In this document: positions 1 through 11,905 of the stretch, in pieces
Numbering within the stretch: position 1 is the stretch's first letter
How the letters are laid out: each line of letters begins with the position of its first letter
DNA from: an uncultured delta proteobacterium
Lineage (GTDB): Bacteria > Myxococcota_A > Polyangia > Palsa-1104
Assembly (NCBI GenBank): GCA_963785725.1
Contig: CAWAWS010000026.1
Span: 192,001 to 256,000, forward strand
DNA: 64,000 nt
Reading direction: 5' to 3'
Notes under the pieces: model-generated
The model's input: the letters and a program-made list of their open reading frames with translations, nothing else
Databases searched by the model: none
Told to the model about the DNA's origin: nothing
Translations under genes and position numbers: made by a program

Positions 1-1
1 G

Positions 2-535
2 TCGGGCGGCTACTACGTCGCGGCGGCGTGCGACAAGATCTACGCCTCGCCGGGCACGATCACCGGCTCGATCGGCGTCATCAGCGAGTTCCCGCACGTG
101 CAAGGCTTGATGGCGCTGGCGCGCGTCGAGGTCGACACCATCAAGTCGGGCGCGCTCAAGGATTCGGGCTCGCCGCTGCGCGCGATGACGACGACCGAGC
201 GCCTCTATTTCCAGCAGTTCGTCGACGGCGTGTACGAGCAGTTCCTCGACGACGTGGCGACGGCGCGCAAGATTCCCAAAGAGACGCTGCGGCCGCTCGC
301 CGACGGGCGCATCTTGAGCGGCAAAGAGGCGCAGAAGGTCCATCTCGTCGACGAGCTGGGCAACTTGGAGGACGCGCTCGATGGCGCCGCCAAGCTCGCC
401 GGCGCGAGCGGCGATCCGGTGCCGGTGTTCCGCAAGAAGGAGTCGGCGTCGTGGGTCGGCAACCTGGTGCGCGGCGCGCTCGAAGGCGCCGTCGTGCCGC
501 GCGCGTCGATCGAGGTTCGCGACCCGCGCCTATAG
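2..535 (+). CDS. sppA: Signal peptide peptidase SppA (S49), 5'-truncated by the window edge
   Basis: The frame from base 2 reads SGGYYVAAACDKIYASPGTITGSIGV, then VDTIKSG, F..DVATAR and LADGRILSGKEA..LVDELG. Confidence 0.93.
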   Translation, partial: SGGYYVAAACDKIYASPGTITGSIGVISEFPHVQGLMALARVEVDTIKSGALKDSGSPLRAMTTTERLYFQQFVDGVYEQFLDDVATARKIPKETLRPLADGRILSGKEAQKVHLVDELGNLEDALDGAAKLAGASGDPVPVFRKKESASWVGNLVRGALEGAVVPRASIEVRDPRL

Positions 536-577
536 GTTGTACGCTGTACGTATCTCGATGGGAGCCAGGCGCGTTCG

Positions 578-1864
578 ATGACGGATCCGAATCCTCCACG
601 ATCGGCGCTGATCTTGTGGCTGCGGCGGTTTGCGCGGCTGTGGGGCTTCTCGCTCTTCATCCTCGTCGTCTTGATCGCGTTTCGCGCGGTCGTGCTGCCG
701 TTCGTGCTCGGCGTGCTCGTGGCCTACGTGCTGGCGCCGGTCGTCGACCTCTTGACCGCGCCGGCGGGACGGCGACGGCTGCCGCGCTGGGTGGCGATCC
801 TCATCGTCTACTTCGGCCTGTTGACGGCGATCGGCATCTTCTTCACGGCGTTCTTGCCGCGGCTGTCGAGCGACTTTGCGCGGCTGTTTCGCGAGGCGCC
901 GGCGTTCTTCACGCGCGTCAAGCATCAGTACGTGCCGCGCGCCGACTCCTGGCTCGAGGAGCACTTCCCGCGCGACGAGGATCCGATCAGCGAAGAGCTC
1001 GTCGAGCCACGTCCCGAGCGCAAGCTGAAGGTGATCGAGAAGAAGCCGGGCGAATACGAGATCTCGCTCGAAGGCATGCAGCTCGAGATCGATCCGACGG
1101 GGCGCGGTCGTTACGTCATCGGGCCGCGCTCGGACGCCGACGAGCGCAAGACGCGCCTGACCGAGATGCTGACGCAGGCGGCGCGCGCGGGCGAGAACGA
1201 GCTGCGCGGCGTCATCGCCATGGGCCAGCACGTCGTCGGCGTCGTCGTCAAAGGCTTGGCCTGGTTCATTTTGACGTTCATGGTGGCGGCCTATCTGCTC
1301 ATCGACGTCGAGCGCGTCATGGCGTTCCTGCGCTCGCTCGTGCCGTCCTATCACCGGCATGCGCTCGACGAAATCCTGCGCGAGATCGATCGCGGTCTGT
1401 CGGGCGTGATCCGCGGTCAGCTCATCATCTGCGTCGTCAACGCCATGCTGACGACGGTGGGCCTGCTGCTCTTTCGCGTGAAATATGCGCTCTTGCTCGG
1501 CTTACTGGCGGGGACGATGAGCTTCATCCCCGTCTTCGGCTCGATTTTGTCGTCGGTGCCGATCGTCGCGGTGTCGCTGACGTCGGGGCCGACCGGCTTT
1601 TCGCTGTCGACGGGCCTCGGCATGCTGGGCTGGATCGTCGGCATTCACCTGTTGGAAGCGAACCTGTTGAACCCGAAGATCATCGGCACCGCGGCCAAGA
1701 TGCATCCGGTCGTCGTCGTATTCGCGCTGATGGTGGGCGAGGAGACGGGCGGGCTCATCGGCGCCGTGCTGGCGGTGCCGATTGCGTCGATCGTTCAGGC
1801 TATTTTCGTGTATTTGCGGCTGCGCCAGTCGTCGGAGGCGGCGCAGTCCGAGTCGCAGGCGTAG
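578..1864 (+). CDS. AI-2E family transporter (PerM/TqsA-like)
   Basis: Multiple TM segments; PFVLGVLVAYVLAPVV, IRGQLII, FIPVFGS, LEANLLNPKIIG..MHP motifs. Confidence 0.9.
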   Translation: MTDPNPPRSALILWLRRFARLWGFSLFILVVLIAFRAVVLPFVLGVLVAYVLAPVVDLLTAPAGRRRLPRWVAILIVYFGLLTAIGIFFTAFLPRLSSDFARLFREAPAFFTRVKHQYVPRADSWLEEHFPRDEDPISEELVEPRPERKLKVIEKKPGEYEISLEGMQLEIDPTGRGRYVIGPRSDADERKTRLTEMLTQAARAGENELRGVIAMGQHVVGVVVKGLAWFILTFMVAAYLLIDVERVMAFLRSLVPSYHRHALDEILREIDRGLSGVIRGQLIICVVNAMLTTVGLLLFRVKYALLLGLLAGTMSFIPVFGSILSSVPIVAVSLTSGPTGFSLSTGLGMLGWIVGIHLLEANLLNPKIIGTAAKMHPVVVVFALMVGEETGGLIGAVLAVPIASIVQAIFVYLRLRQSSEAAQSESQA

Positions 1865-2294
1865 CGGCCGCCGAATTCGCGGCCGCCAATGCGCGCGTGA
1901 CCGACTTTTTCGTCGTCGTGTCGTAGATCGTGACGGTCGTGGCGCCGACTGGCAACGGTACGGTCACGACCGTGGTCGCCGTGACGTTTTCGCGCAGCTT
2001 GCGCCCGAGCTCCTGCGCTTCGAGCGTGCTGTCTTCGGGCGCCTCCGCCAGCGCCATCAGCGGAAAATCGAAGCGCACCAGCTCGAGCTGCTGCTTGCCG
2101 TCGCCGGCGCGCGCTTCGTAGCGGCCGCGAAAGCGCTGCAGTCGCTGCGGCTTCGCCAGCGGCTCGCGGTCGACGCGCAAGATCGCCACGTCGCCGCGCT
2201 CGTACTTCAGCGTCAGCTTGGCCACTTGTGTGACCTCGACCGTCCAATCGGGGGCCAGCAAAATCGCGAGCAGCAACGAAATCATCGACGGCAT
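1800..2294 (-). CDS. Hypothetical exported protein
   Basis: Signal-like N-terminus MPSMISLLLAILLA; fills the gap between two + genes; 3' end overlaps the AI-2E gene. Start uncertain (2294 or 2315). Confidence 0.6.
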   Translation of the reverse strand: MPSMISLLLAILLAPDWTVEVTQVAKLTLKYERGDVAILRVDREPLAKPQRLQRFRGRYEARAGDGKQQLELVRFDFPLMALAEAPEDSTLEAQELGRKLRENVTATTVVTVPLPVGATTVTIYDTTTKKSVTRALAAANSAAATPATRTAPPPTTGAAANTRK

Positions 2295-2344
2295 AGTACC
2301 TCGTGCCGTTGGCATTGGCAGGGTCGGGTGCTAAAACAGTAAAC

Positions 2345-4037
<1,693 letters not shown>

Positions 4038-4042
<5 letters not shown>

Positions 4043-4120
4043 CGAAGGCAAAACGCGCGAACGCCTACGGCGACGCGGGCCTGCGCGCCGCGGTCGCATC
4101 TGCCGGCTGCGTTCGTTAGT
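4038..4120. repeat. Short intergenic element bounded by 9-bp inverted repeats
   Basis: ACTAACGAA (4038-4046) and TTCGTTAGT (4112-4120) are exact reverse complements; each contains the TAA stop of one convergent gene. Confidence 0.45.
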
Positions 4121-4904
4121 GGCCGCTGAAGACGGGCTTGCGGCGGGCGAGAAAGGCGCTGACGCCTTCGTGCGCGTCGGCGGTGTGCGAGCAGGTCGCC
4201 TGCGCGTCCGCCTCCCAGTCGATCATCGCGCCGAGCTCCATGTCGAGCGCTTGATGCAGGCCGCGCTTGGTGAAGCCTTGCGCGATCGGCGGTCCGGCCG
4301 CCAGGCGCCGCGCCAATTCGTAGGTCTCGTCGGCGAGCTGGTCGTCGGGGACGACGCGGCCGACGAGGCCGATCGCCTCCGCGCGCGCGGCGTCGATGAC
4401 GTCGCCGCGCATGAGCAGCTCCATCGCCTGCGTCGGCCCGACGATGCGCGGCAAGAGCCACAAGAGACCGAAGTCGCCGGTGAGCCCGACGCGATGGAAC
4501 GACGCGCCGAGCTTGGCGCGGGCGGCGGCGATCCGTAGATCGCAGGCCAACGCCAGCGCCAGGCCGGCGCCGACGCAGGCGCCGTCGATCATAGCGATGA
4601 CCGGCTTCGGCAGCGCCCGCAAGGTCGGCACCAGCTGCGCCGACACCGACAGGTTGGCGCGGCGCACGTCGAGCGGCTGCGCCAGCCGCTCGGGCATCGT
4701 CTTCAGGTCGCCGCCGGCCGAGAAGCTGCCACCGGCGCCGGTGATGACGAGCACGCGCACGCCGTCGTCGGCCGCGGCGGCCTCGGCGTGCGCTTTGAGC
4801 GCGTGCCACTCGTCGGGCCCGAGCGCGTTCTTGACGTCGGGACGATCAATCGTGAGCGTGGCGATGCGCTCGGCCACGTCATAGCGAATGCTGGCGGTCG
4901 TCAT
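4116..4904 (-). CDS. Enoyl-CoA hydratase/isomerase (crotonase family)
   Basis: IATLTIDRPDVKNAL, FSAGGDL, PKPVIAMIDGACVGAG, ACDLRIA, D..EGVSAFLARRKPVF. The ATG at 4904 overlaps the upstream kinase stop (ATGA). Confidence 0.93.
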   Translation of the reverse strand: MTTASIRYDVAERIATLTIDRPDVKNALGPDEWHALKAHAEAAAADDGVRVLVITGAGGSFSAGGDLKTMPERLAQPLDVRRANLSVSAQLVPTLRALPKPVIAMIDGACVGAGLALALACDLRIAAARAKLGASFHRVGLTGDFGLLWLLPRIVGPTQAMELLMRGDVIDAARAEAIGLVGRVVPDDQLADETYELARRLAAGPPIAQGFTKRGLHQALDMELGAMIDWEADAQATCSHTADAHEGVSAFLARRKPVFSGH

Positions 4905-6997
4905 CGTAGATCCTCGGAGTAGGCTTGCAGCTCGACGCGCGGATCGAGCACCAGCACGGTCGCTTCGGCCACCGAATCGGTCACGCCGAGGACCGTCAGC
5001 CGCAGATCGCGCGTCTGGCCGGCGCCGAGCTTGGACGCGGGCGGATCGACGGTCGGCGGCGTGTCGAGGCCGCTCAGCCGCGCGCTCTCCAGCGTCAGCG
5101 GCTTGTCGTCGCTGCCGGTGTTGGTGACGCGCAGGCGGACGACGAGCGTCGCGGCCCCGTCGTCGCGCTCGGCGCCGACGAGCTGCACGCGCAGGCCGGC
5201 ATCGTCGACGGGCTGCTCGAGCGGCGTCGCCTTCAAGTAGCGGCGCAGCTGCTCGGCGCGCGGACCGGGTGCTTTTTGCGCATAGCCTTCCACCGCCGCC
5301 GCGCGCTCGCACAGCGCCGCAAAGGGCAGGGCGGCGCCGCTCTTGGCCGGCTCGCGCCACGCTGCCGTCGCGCCGTTTTCGCGGATGACCTCGAGCCGCC
5401 AGCGCGGATCGTCGGGCTGCGCCAAGGCCGCCAAGCGCGCCGCGTTCCAGCTCTGCGCGCCGGTCGAAAACGGCGGATGGCTCTTCAGGAACAGCTGCAG
5501 GGCGCCGCTCACCTTCGGCGGCAGCTCACCGACGGTAAAGAGGTAGCGCCCGACGGCTGTCGTCTCGGCCGTGAGCTGCTCGGCCTCGACGCGCGCGCGC
5601 GCCTGTGGCGGCAAGATGGGCACGCGCGCGCCGGCCGGCGTCAGGCAGATCGAGGCGTCGACGGCCGAGAGCAGCGCCAGATAATCCTCGGTCGGCACGC
5701 CGCGCGTGGCCGAGCCGGCGCGCGGCAACGCTTCCAGCTCGGCGGCCAGCCGCAGCTTGGCGGCATCGTCGACGGCAACGCCGCCATCGAGGCCGGCGAT
5801 TCCGGCGGCGGCAGGCGTGTCGAGCGCGGGCGGCGGCGGCGCGGTCGGCGTCGGGCTCGCCGGCCAATGATGACGAGCGACCGTAAAGACGACGCTCAAC
5901 GCGACGACGCCCAAGCCGCCCACGACGAACGGCACCGACGAGCGGCGGCGGCGAACGGCGCTCGTCGGCGGCGTCTTGTGCAAGACGGTCTCGGCGACCT
6001 CGGGCTCGGTCGGCGTGCGCGGCTGCGGCGCCGGCGGCAAAAAGTGACCAGTTCCCGACTGATAGGGATCGATCTTCTCGCGCGGCACGACCTCTTGCAC
6101 GAACGCGCCCACATCCTCGCGGGTCAGCGACGGCGCCGCCGACGCCAGCCAGCCCGACAGCGCGCGCGCGAAGTCGCTCGCCTTGGCCGGCCGCGCGTCG
6201 CGCCCGCGCTCGAGCGCGCTCATCACGATGGCGTCGAGCTCCGCCGGCACGTCGCGCCCGCGCCGCGACGGCGGATCGATCTTCGAGTGGCGGATCTGAT
6301 CGGACACCGCGCCCGGATTGTCGCCCGGCCACAGCGGCATGCCCGCGAGCAGCTCCCACAAGATCACCGCCAGCGAGAACAGATCGCTGCGGCCGTCGAG
6401 CGGCTCGGCCGAGATCTGCTCCGGCGACATGTAGCGAATTTTGCCCATGACCGCGCCCGATTGCGTCTTGTGCAGCTTGCCGATGGCCTTGGCGATGCCG
6501 AAGTCGACGATCTTGACCTCGCCGGCGTAGCTGACGAGCACGTTCTGCGGCGACACGTCGCGGTGCACGATCCCGAGTGGATTGCCGTCGCTGCCGCGCT
6601 TTTCGTGCGCGTAGGCGAGGCCGCGCGCCGCTTCGGCCGCGATGTAGGCGGCGACGGCGACGGGGAAGCGCAGCGCGCGCCGCGCCGCCGACTCGCGCAG
6701 CCGGCCCAGATCGACGCCGTCGACGAGCTCCATGGCCAGGTAGTACGAGCCCTCGTCGAGCCCGAAGTCGAAGACTTGAGCGATGTTGACGTGGGTGAGC
6801 GAGCTGGCGATGCGCGCCTCGTCGACGAACAGCGTGACGAACTCGTGCTCGCCTTCGAAGACGGGTAGGACTCGCTTTACGGCCACCTGCTTTTCGAAGC
6901 CGGCCGCACCAGAAAACACGGCGCGAAACACCTCCGCCATGCCGCCTCGTGCCAGCCGCTCCACGAGCAAGTACTTCCCAAACCGAATCGGCTGCAT
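4901..6997 (-). CDS. Membrane Ser/Thr protein kinase with uncharacterised C-terminal extracytoplasmic region
   Basis: FGKYLLVERLARGGMAEV, HRDVSPQN, DFG, GKIRYMSPE, a TM helix and a beta-rich C-terminus. Confidence 0.92.
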   Translation of the reverse strand: MQPIRFGKYLLVERLARGGMAEVFRAVFSGAAGFEKQVAVKRVLPVFEGEHEFVTLFVDEARIASSLTHVNIAQVFDFGLDEGSYYLAMELVDGVDLGRLRESAARRALRFPVAVAAYIAAEAARGLAYAHEKRGSDGNPLGIVHRDVSPQNVLVSYAGEVKIVDFGIAKAIGKLHKTQSGAVMGKIRYMSPEQISAEPLDGRSDLFSLAVILWELLAGMPLWPGDNPGAVSDQIRHSKIDPPSRRGRDVPAELDAIVMSALERGRDARPAKASDFARALSGWLASAAPSLTREDVGAFVQEVVPREKIDPYQSGTGHFLPPAPQPRTPTEPEVAETVLHKTPPTSAVRRRRSSVPFVVGGLGVVALSVVFTVARHHWPASPTPTAPPPPALDTPAAAGIAGLDGGVAVDDAAKLRLAAELEALPRAGSATRGVPTEDYLALLSAVDASICLTPAGARVPILPPQARARVEAEQLTAETTAVGRYLFTVGELPPKVSGALQLFLKSHPPFSTGAQSWNAARLAALAQPDDPRWRLEVIRENGATAAWREPAKSGAALPFAALCERAAAVEGYAQKAPGPRAEQLRRYLKATPLEQPVDDAGLRVQLVGAERDDGAATLVVRLRVTNTGSDDKPLTLESARLSGLDTPPTVDPPASKLGAGQTRDLRLTVLGVTDSVAEATVLVLDPRVELQAYSEDLR

Positions 6998-7102
6998 CCG
7001 CGTAACCAACTATAACATTGTTAAATTTGTTCTTAAGCTGACTGATGGTCAGCGAACCTTTGGTTACTATGCGGCAACGATGAGCATGAGGGGTTGGATG
7101 TG

Positions 7103-10100
7103 ATGCAGAGATTAACGATTGGGTTGCTCTTAGCCGCGTTCTTGCCGGGCTGTTCCAAGTTCGACACGAGCCGCACCGTCGACTCGTATTCGAGCTTCGG
7201 AGAAATCGTATATCGCGAGAGCTGTCAACGCGTTGCCTACACGGGGCAGCTGGCGCAAAAGGCCGCCGGGCAGATCCAGACCGTCGACGTCGAGGGCACG
7301 CTCGGCACCAGCGTCTGCGTCGCCGGCGCCACGCCGCCGCCGAACGCGCCGCTCAAGCTGACGGCGATCGTCGGCGAGCGCAGCCCGCTCATCGCCGTCG
7401 TAGATCTCGTCTTGCCGCAGGACTTCCTGACGACGCTGGAGACGTTCCTCGAGCAGCTGTTGCCGCTCAGCGACGACGGCACGTTCGAGACGGCGATCGC
7501 GTCGCTCGGGCAGCTGATGGGGACGATGGCGGCCGATCCCGACTTCGCGCCGGCGCTGTCGCGGCTGGCCATTCGCAACGGCTACCGGCCGACGAAGACC
7601 GTCGACGGCCTCTTGCACACGATCGTGAACTATCCGCAGATCGACGACTTCATCGGCGAGACGCTGGCGCTGGTCGCCAAAGGCGGCACGGCCTACGCCG
7701 AGTGGACGCAGCTGTTGAACGCCGGCTACAAGGCGCTGTCGACGGTCCAGCCGGTGTCGAACCCGGCCGATCCCGAGCGCACGCTCAAGCTGGCGCTCGA
7801 TCTCTTGCAGTCGACGCATCCCGACTTGGCGACGGGGACGCCGCGGCCGCTCGTGGCGCGCGACTTCCGCGGCCTGGCGACGGCGGCGCTCGACGCGAGC
7901 GGCAAAGTGGTGGCGCCGTTCGTCGACTTGAACGGCGACGGCTTGGCCGACGTCGACGCGACCGGCCACTTCGTCGACGCCAACGGCGCGCAGCTGAACG
8001 TGCCGTCGCCGTTCGTGCAGCTGGGCACGACCGACACGGCGCCGCGCGACGCGCAAGGCCGCGCGCTCACCGCCGCCGGCGCCACGACGACGCTCTACAA
8101 CTACCTCGACCTCGACGGCACCGTCTTCAGCGGCCTGGCGCAAGAGGGTGTCACGCTGATGGATCCGACGAAGGACACGACGCTCGGCCTGGTGTGGGGC
8201 GCGGGCGCGCTGCTCGGGCCGCGGCTGCCGGCCAAGGTCATGACCTACGACGACGGCAGCACGATGACCTACAACGGCTTCGACACGTCGCAAGCGGCGG
8301 TGCTCGATCTGGCGCACGGGTTCATCCAGATCTTCGGCGATCCCAACGCCGATCAGACGCTGCAGTCGGTGCAGACGCTGCTCAACAAGTACGAGTCGGG
8401 CGCGTCGCGGCTCGTGGGCGCCATGCTGGCGACGAGCGATCTCGGCAAGACGCATCCCGAGGCGCAGATCCCGGCGACGAGCGACTTGTATGACGACTTG
8501 ATGCCGCTCATCAACCGCATCTTGGCCGTCGACGGCTTGCCGGGCGATCTGTTGACCGCGCTGCAGGATCCGCGGGTCAAAGACTTCGCGCCCATGATCG
8601 CGCGGCTCATGCAGGCGCGTAACCAGGTCGACTTCGTGCGCACCTCGCCGGCGTTCCCGCTCATCGACAACGGCGCCGACTTGAACGCGGTCGATGCGGT
8701 CGATCGCACCATGCCCGACGTCGACTACAACCAGTCGCTGATGCAGCGCATCGCGCACCTGATTCACGACGCCAACGGGGTGCAGTTCTGCAACAAGGAC
8801 GGCGCGACGCCGACGGTCCTCGGCATCACGCTCGAGACCGACGCCAAGTGCAAGCTGTTCGAGATCGACGACCTGGCGCTCTTCTACGCGCTCAGCATGC
8901 AGACGAATCCGTCGGCGGCGACGAACGCGAGCGCCAAGAGCGGCGCCGACTTCTGCGCGCACCTGACGACCAGCAACGTTCTGTTGACCGGCGGCTGCTC
9001 GACGCTCATCGGCTCGCTCACGGGCATCACCGGCTTCGGTCAGTATCCGACGCCGGCGGCGCTCAACCGCTCGCTCTTCCTGACGACGGCCGACAAGCAG
9101 GCCATCAGCGGGCAGTTCCTCTACGACACCACCGGCGACGTCGTCGACTCCGACGGCGACCTATTCATCGACGTGCACAACAAGTCGCTGTTCGCGTGGG
9201 AGACGACGATGCCCAATCCGCCGTCGGGCAACGCCAACGCGACGTTCTACACGGCCGTGGCGCCGCTCATCGACGCCTTCGCCAAGCATGACGAGTGTAT
9301 CGCGCGCGACTCGACCGGCACCTGCACGAAGACGCAGAACGCGGCCAAGATCTTCGTCGACATCCTGGCCATGCTGCACGAGCACTGGACGTCGCCCAAC
9401 GGCAGCTACTTCGGCCACACCTATCAGTCGACGAACCCGTCGGCGCCGCGCTTCTCGTATCCCGACAACTTGGTCAGCTACGAGCCGCTCTTGACCGAGG
9501 TGCTGGGGCAAGGCGACCTCATGCCGGCGCTGCTCGACCTGACGCCGACCTTGAACACCATGACCGTCGACGGCACGACGGCGACGCCGCTGGCGCGTCC
9601 GTACATCATTGGTACCGCCAAGTACCTGTTCGCGTTCGGCGGCGCGCCCGGCATCGCCTATCGCAACGGCGCGACGTCGACCGTGATGTCCGACGGCACG
9701 ACGCCGGTGCCGGTGATCACGCCGTATTACCTCATCGCCGACGCCTACACGCACAAGCGCAACGCGCTGGCGGCCTTGAACGCGACGGCGCCGATGCAGG
9801 CGGCGTCGTGGGCGTCGGCGACCTCGGCGCTGGTCGATCAATTCTTGACCGTCGATCAGCTGACGAGCGGGGCGACGCCGACCTATCAGTTCCACAATCG
9901 CCACTTCCGCGCGATCACGCTGCTCGCGCTCAACTTCATCCGCAGTCGCTTGGCGGCACACGCGACGGCCGGCGATCTGACGACGTGGGTGCACCAGACG
10001 CTGACGCAGGACATGACCGACGATCTCGGCGGTCCGACGTTCGCGGCGCTGGCCGACTTCACGACCAAGGTCGAGGGCGACACCAACGCGCGCACGCAGC

Positions 10101-10549
10101 TGTATGGCCTGCTCAAGTATCTCGTCGACGACTCGAACGATCTCATCTTCCAGACGTCGCTGACGACGCTGGCCGATCAGGCGCAGATGTTCCTCGACGA
10201 TCCCGATCTCGTGCCGGTGGCGCGCGTGATGGGCGCGGCCATGAATCCGCAGGCCGGCACCGTCGACGCCCAGGTCACGCTCATCAAAGACGCGCACGAT
10301 CGCGACACGGCCAAGGCGCTGCTCACGATCGCCAAGAACATGTATGCGCCGGGCAGCGACGGCGAGTATCCGGCGTCGAACCTGGCCGACATTCTCTCGC
10401 AGCTCAACCGCGCGACGCCGGGTCAAGTCGGCGATCTGACGGGCGACGACTATCGCGCCATCTTGACCGCCGTGCAGGGCTTCCTCGTCGATGACGAACG
10501 TGGTTTCACCCGCTTCCTGGAGATCGTCAAAGACCGTGGCCCACACTAA
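7103..10549 (+). CDS. Very large (~1150 aa) predicted lipoprotein of unknown function
   Basis: Lipobox-type signal MQRLTIGLLLAAFLPG-C; long ORF with typical GC3 codon usage; DLNGDGLAD Ca-binding-like motif; several Cys pairs. Confidence 0.8.
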   Translation: MQRLTIGLLLAAFLPGCSKFDTSRTVDSYSSFGEIVYRESCQRVAYTGQLAQKAAGQIQTVDVEGTLGTSVCVAGATPPPNAPLKLTAIVGERSPLIAVVDLVLPQDFLTTLETFLEQLLPLSDDGTFETAIASLGQLMGTMAADPDFAPALSRLAIRNGYRPTKTVDGLLHTIVNYPQIDDFIGETLALVAKGGTAYAEWTQLLNAGYKALSTVQPVSNPADPERTLKLALDLLQSTHPDLATGTPRPLVARDFRGLATAALDASGKVVAPFVDLNGDGLADVDATGHFVDANGAQLNVPSPFVQLGTTDTAPRDAQGRALTAAGATTTLYNYLDLDGTVFSGLAQEGVTLMDPTKDTTLGLVWGAGALLGPRLPAKVMTYDDGSTMTYNGFDTSQAAVLDLAHGFIQIFGDPNADQTLQSVQTLLNKYESGASRLVGAMLATSDLGKTHPEAQIPATSDLYDDLMPLINRILAVDGLPGDLLTALQDPRVKDFAPMIARLMQARNQVDFVRTSPAFPLIDNGADLNAVDAVDRTMPDVDYNQSLMQRIAHLIHDANGVQFCNKDGATPTVLGITLETDAKCKLFEIDDLALFYALSMQTNPSAATNASAKSGADFCAHLTTSNVLLTGGCSTLIGSLTGITGFGQYPTPAALNRSLFLTTADKQAISGQFLYDTTGDVVDSDGDLFIDVHNKSLFAWETTMPNPPSGNANATFYTAVAPLIDAFAKHDECIARDSTGTCTKTQNAAKIFVDILAMLHEHWTSPNGSYFGHTYQSTNPSAPRFSYPDNLVSYEPLLTEVLGQGDLMPALLDLTPTLNTMTVDGTTATPLARPYIIGTAKYLFAFGGAPGIAYRNGATSTVMSDGTTPVPVITPYYLIADAYTHKRNALAALNATAPMQAASWASATSALVDQFLTVDQLTSGATPTYQFHNRHFRAITLLALNFIRSRLAAHATAGDLTTWVHQTLTQDMTDDLGGPTFAALADFTTKVEGDTNARTQLYGLLKYLVDDSNDLIFQTSLTTLADQAQMFLDDPDLVPVARVMGAAMNPQAGTVDAQVTLIKDAHDRDTAKALLTIAKNMYAPGSDGEYPASNLADILSQLNRATPGQVGDLTGDDYRAILTAVQGFLVDDERGFTRFLEIVKDRGPH

Positions 10550-11888
10550 GCGGGTCGTCGCGTTCGCGATCGCAGCGCTCTTCGTTTCGTCGACGGCCGA
10601 GGCCGGCAACATGTTCCTGCCGGCGCGCGGCGCGCGCGCGCTCGGCCGCGGCGGCGCGTTCACCGCCGGCGTCGACGACGGCAGCGCCATCTACTACAAC
10701 CCCGGCGGTTTGAGCGACATCCCCGACATCTCGGTGCTCGTCGACGGCGCGCTCATCTACCAGCGCGCCGGCTATGACCGCGTCGACTCGGGCGGCAACG
10801 TGCAGCCGCACGTGGAGGCGCACCCGAACCTCGTGCCCATCCCGACGCTGGCGGTGACCTGGCAGCCGCACGCGATCCGCGGCCGCTGGGTCACGTTCGC
10901 CGCCGGCGTGTGGACGCCCTATCTCGGCCTCGACACCTGGCCGACGACCGGACCGCAGCGCTACAGCAACATCACGCTCAACGGCTCGCTCTTGGCCGTC
11001 GCCGAGCTGGCCGTGTCATTCAAGATCGCCGACTGGTTCCGCATCGGCGTCGGCCTCGAGAACATGTTCATCCACTTCAAGAGCGAGGTCGCGCTCTCGG
11101 CCTGCACGCAGCTCAACTGCGCGCCCGAGAGCCCCGGCTTCGACGCGCCGACGCAAGTCGAGAGCGACTCGTGGTTCACGCCTTCGGCCGTCGTCGGCGC
11201 CATCTTCAAGTTCGACAAGATCCGCATCGGCGCCAATTTGCAGCTGCCGTTCTGGGTGCATTCGTCGGGCACGGTGGCGTCGCGCTTGCCGACCGATCCC
11301 TTCTTCGCCAACGCCGCCGTCAACGGCAACCAGGTCGGCGTCGACTTCAACTTGCCGCTGGAGCTGCGGCTCGGCGTCGAGCTGCGCCCGATCGATCGCC
11401 TGCGCATCGAGGTCGACGGCGATTACCAAGCCTGGTCGATGCAGAAGGACTTCGTCATCAAGCCGAAGAACGTCTACATCTCCGGCGTTCCCGGCATCGG
11501 CAACTACTACTTGAACACGCTCTATCTCGTGCGCGATCTGCAGGACACGTTCGCGGTGATGGTCGGCGGCGAGTTCGAGACTGTCGCGAAGCGGCTCTGG
11601 GTGCGCGCCGGCTGGATCTACGAGTCGAACGCGACGCCCAACAAGGCCGCCAGCGTGCTGACGCCGGACGCCGCCCGCAACCTCCTGACCATCGGCGGCA
11701 GCCTCAAGCTGTGGAACATCCGCTTCGACCTCGCGTACGCGCACGCGTTCTTCAGCAATCGCGACGTCACCAACAGCCAGTCGTTCCAGCTGAACCCGAT
11801 TCAGCCTGCCGACGCGGTACCGGTTGGTAACGGCAAGTACACGATCGCCGCCGACATCATCGCCGCCGGCCTAGACGCCCGCTTCTAA
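10536..11888 (+). CDS. OmpP1/FadL family outer-membrane transporter
   Basis: GARALGRGGAF..DDGSAIYYNPGGL hatch motif, alternating beta strands, C-terminal Phe. GTG start inferred; overlaps the upstream stop. Confidence 0.88.
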   Translation: MAHTKRVVAFAIAALFVSSTAEAGNMFLPARGARALGRGGAFTAGVDDGSAIYYNPGGLSDIPDISVLVDGALIYQRAGYDRVDSGGNVQPHVEAHPNLVPIPTLAVTWQPHAIRGRWVTFAAGVWTPYLGLDTWPTTGPQRYSNITLNGSLLAVAELAVSFKIADWFRIGVGLENMFIHFKSEVALSACTQLNCAPESPGFDAPTQVESDSWFTPSAVVGAIFKFDKIRIGANLQLPFWVHSSGTVASRLPTDPFFANAAVNGNQVGVDFNLPLELRLGVELRPIDRLRIEVDGDYQAWSMQKDFVIKPKNVYISGVPGIGNYYLNTLYLVRDLQDTFAVMVGGEFETVAKRLWVRAGWIYESNATPNKAASVLTPDAARNLLTIGGSLKLWNIRFDLAYAHAFFSNRDVTNSQSFQLNPIQPADAVPVGNGKYTIAADIIAAGLDARF

Positions 11889-11905
11889 GCGCTTAACACC
11901 TCGGT

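Noticed and set aside
7011..7027. ATTGTTAAAT resembling a XerD arm
   Set aside because: It lacks TTATG and an ATAA-N6 partner arm; better explained as promoter DNA.
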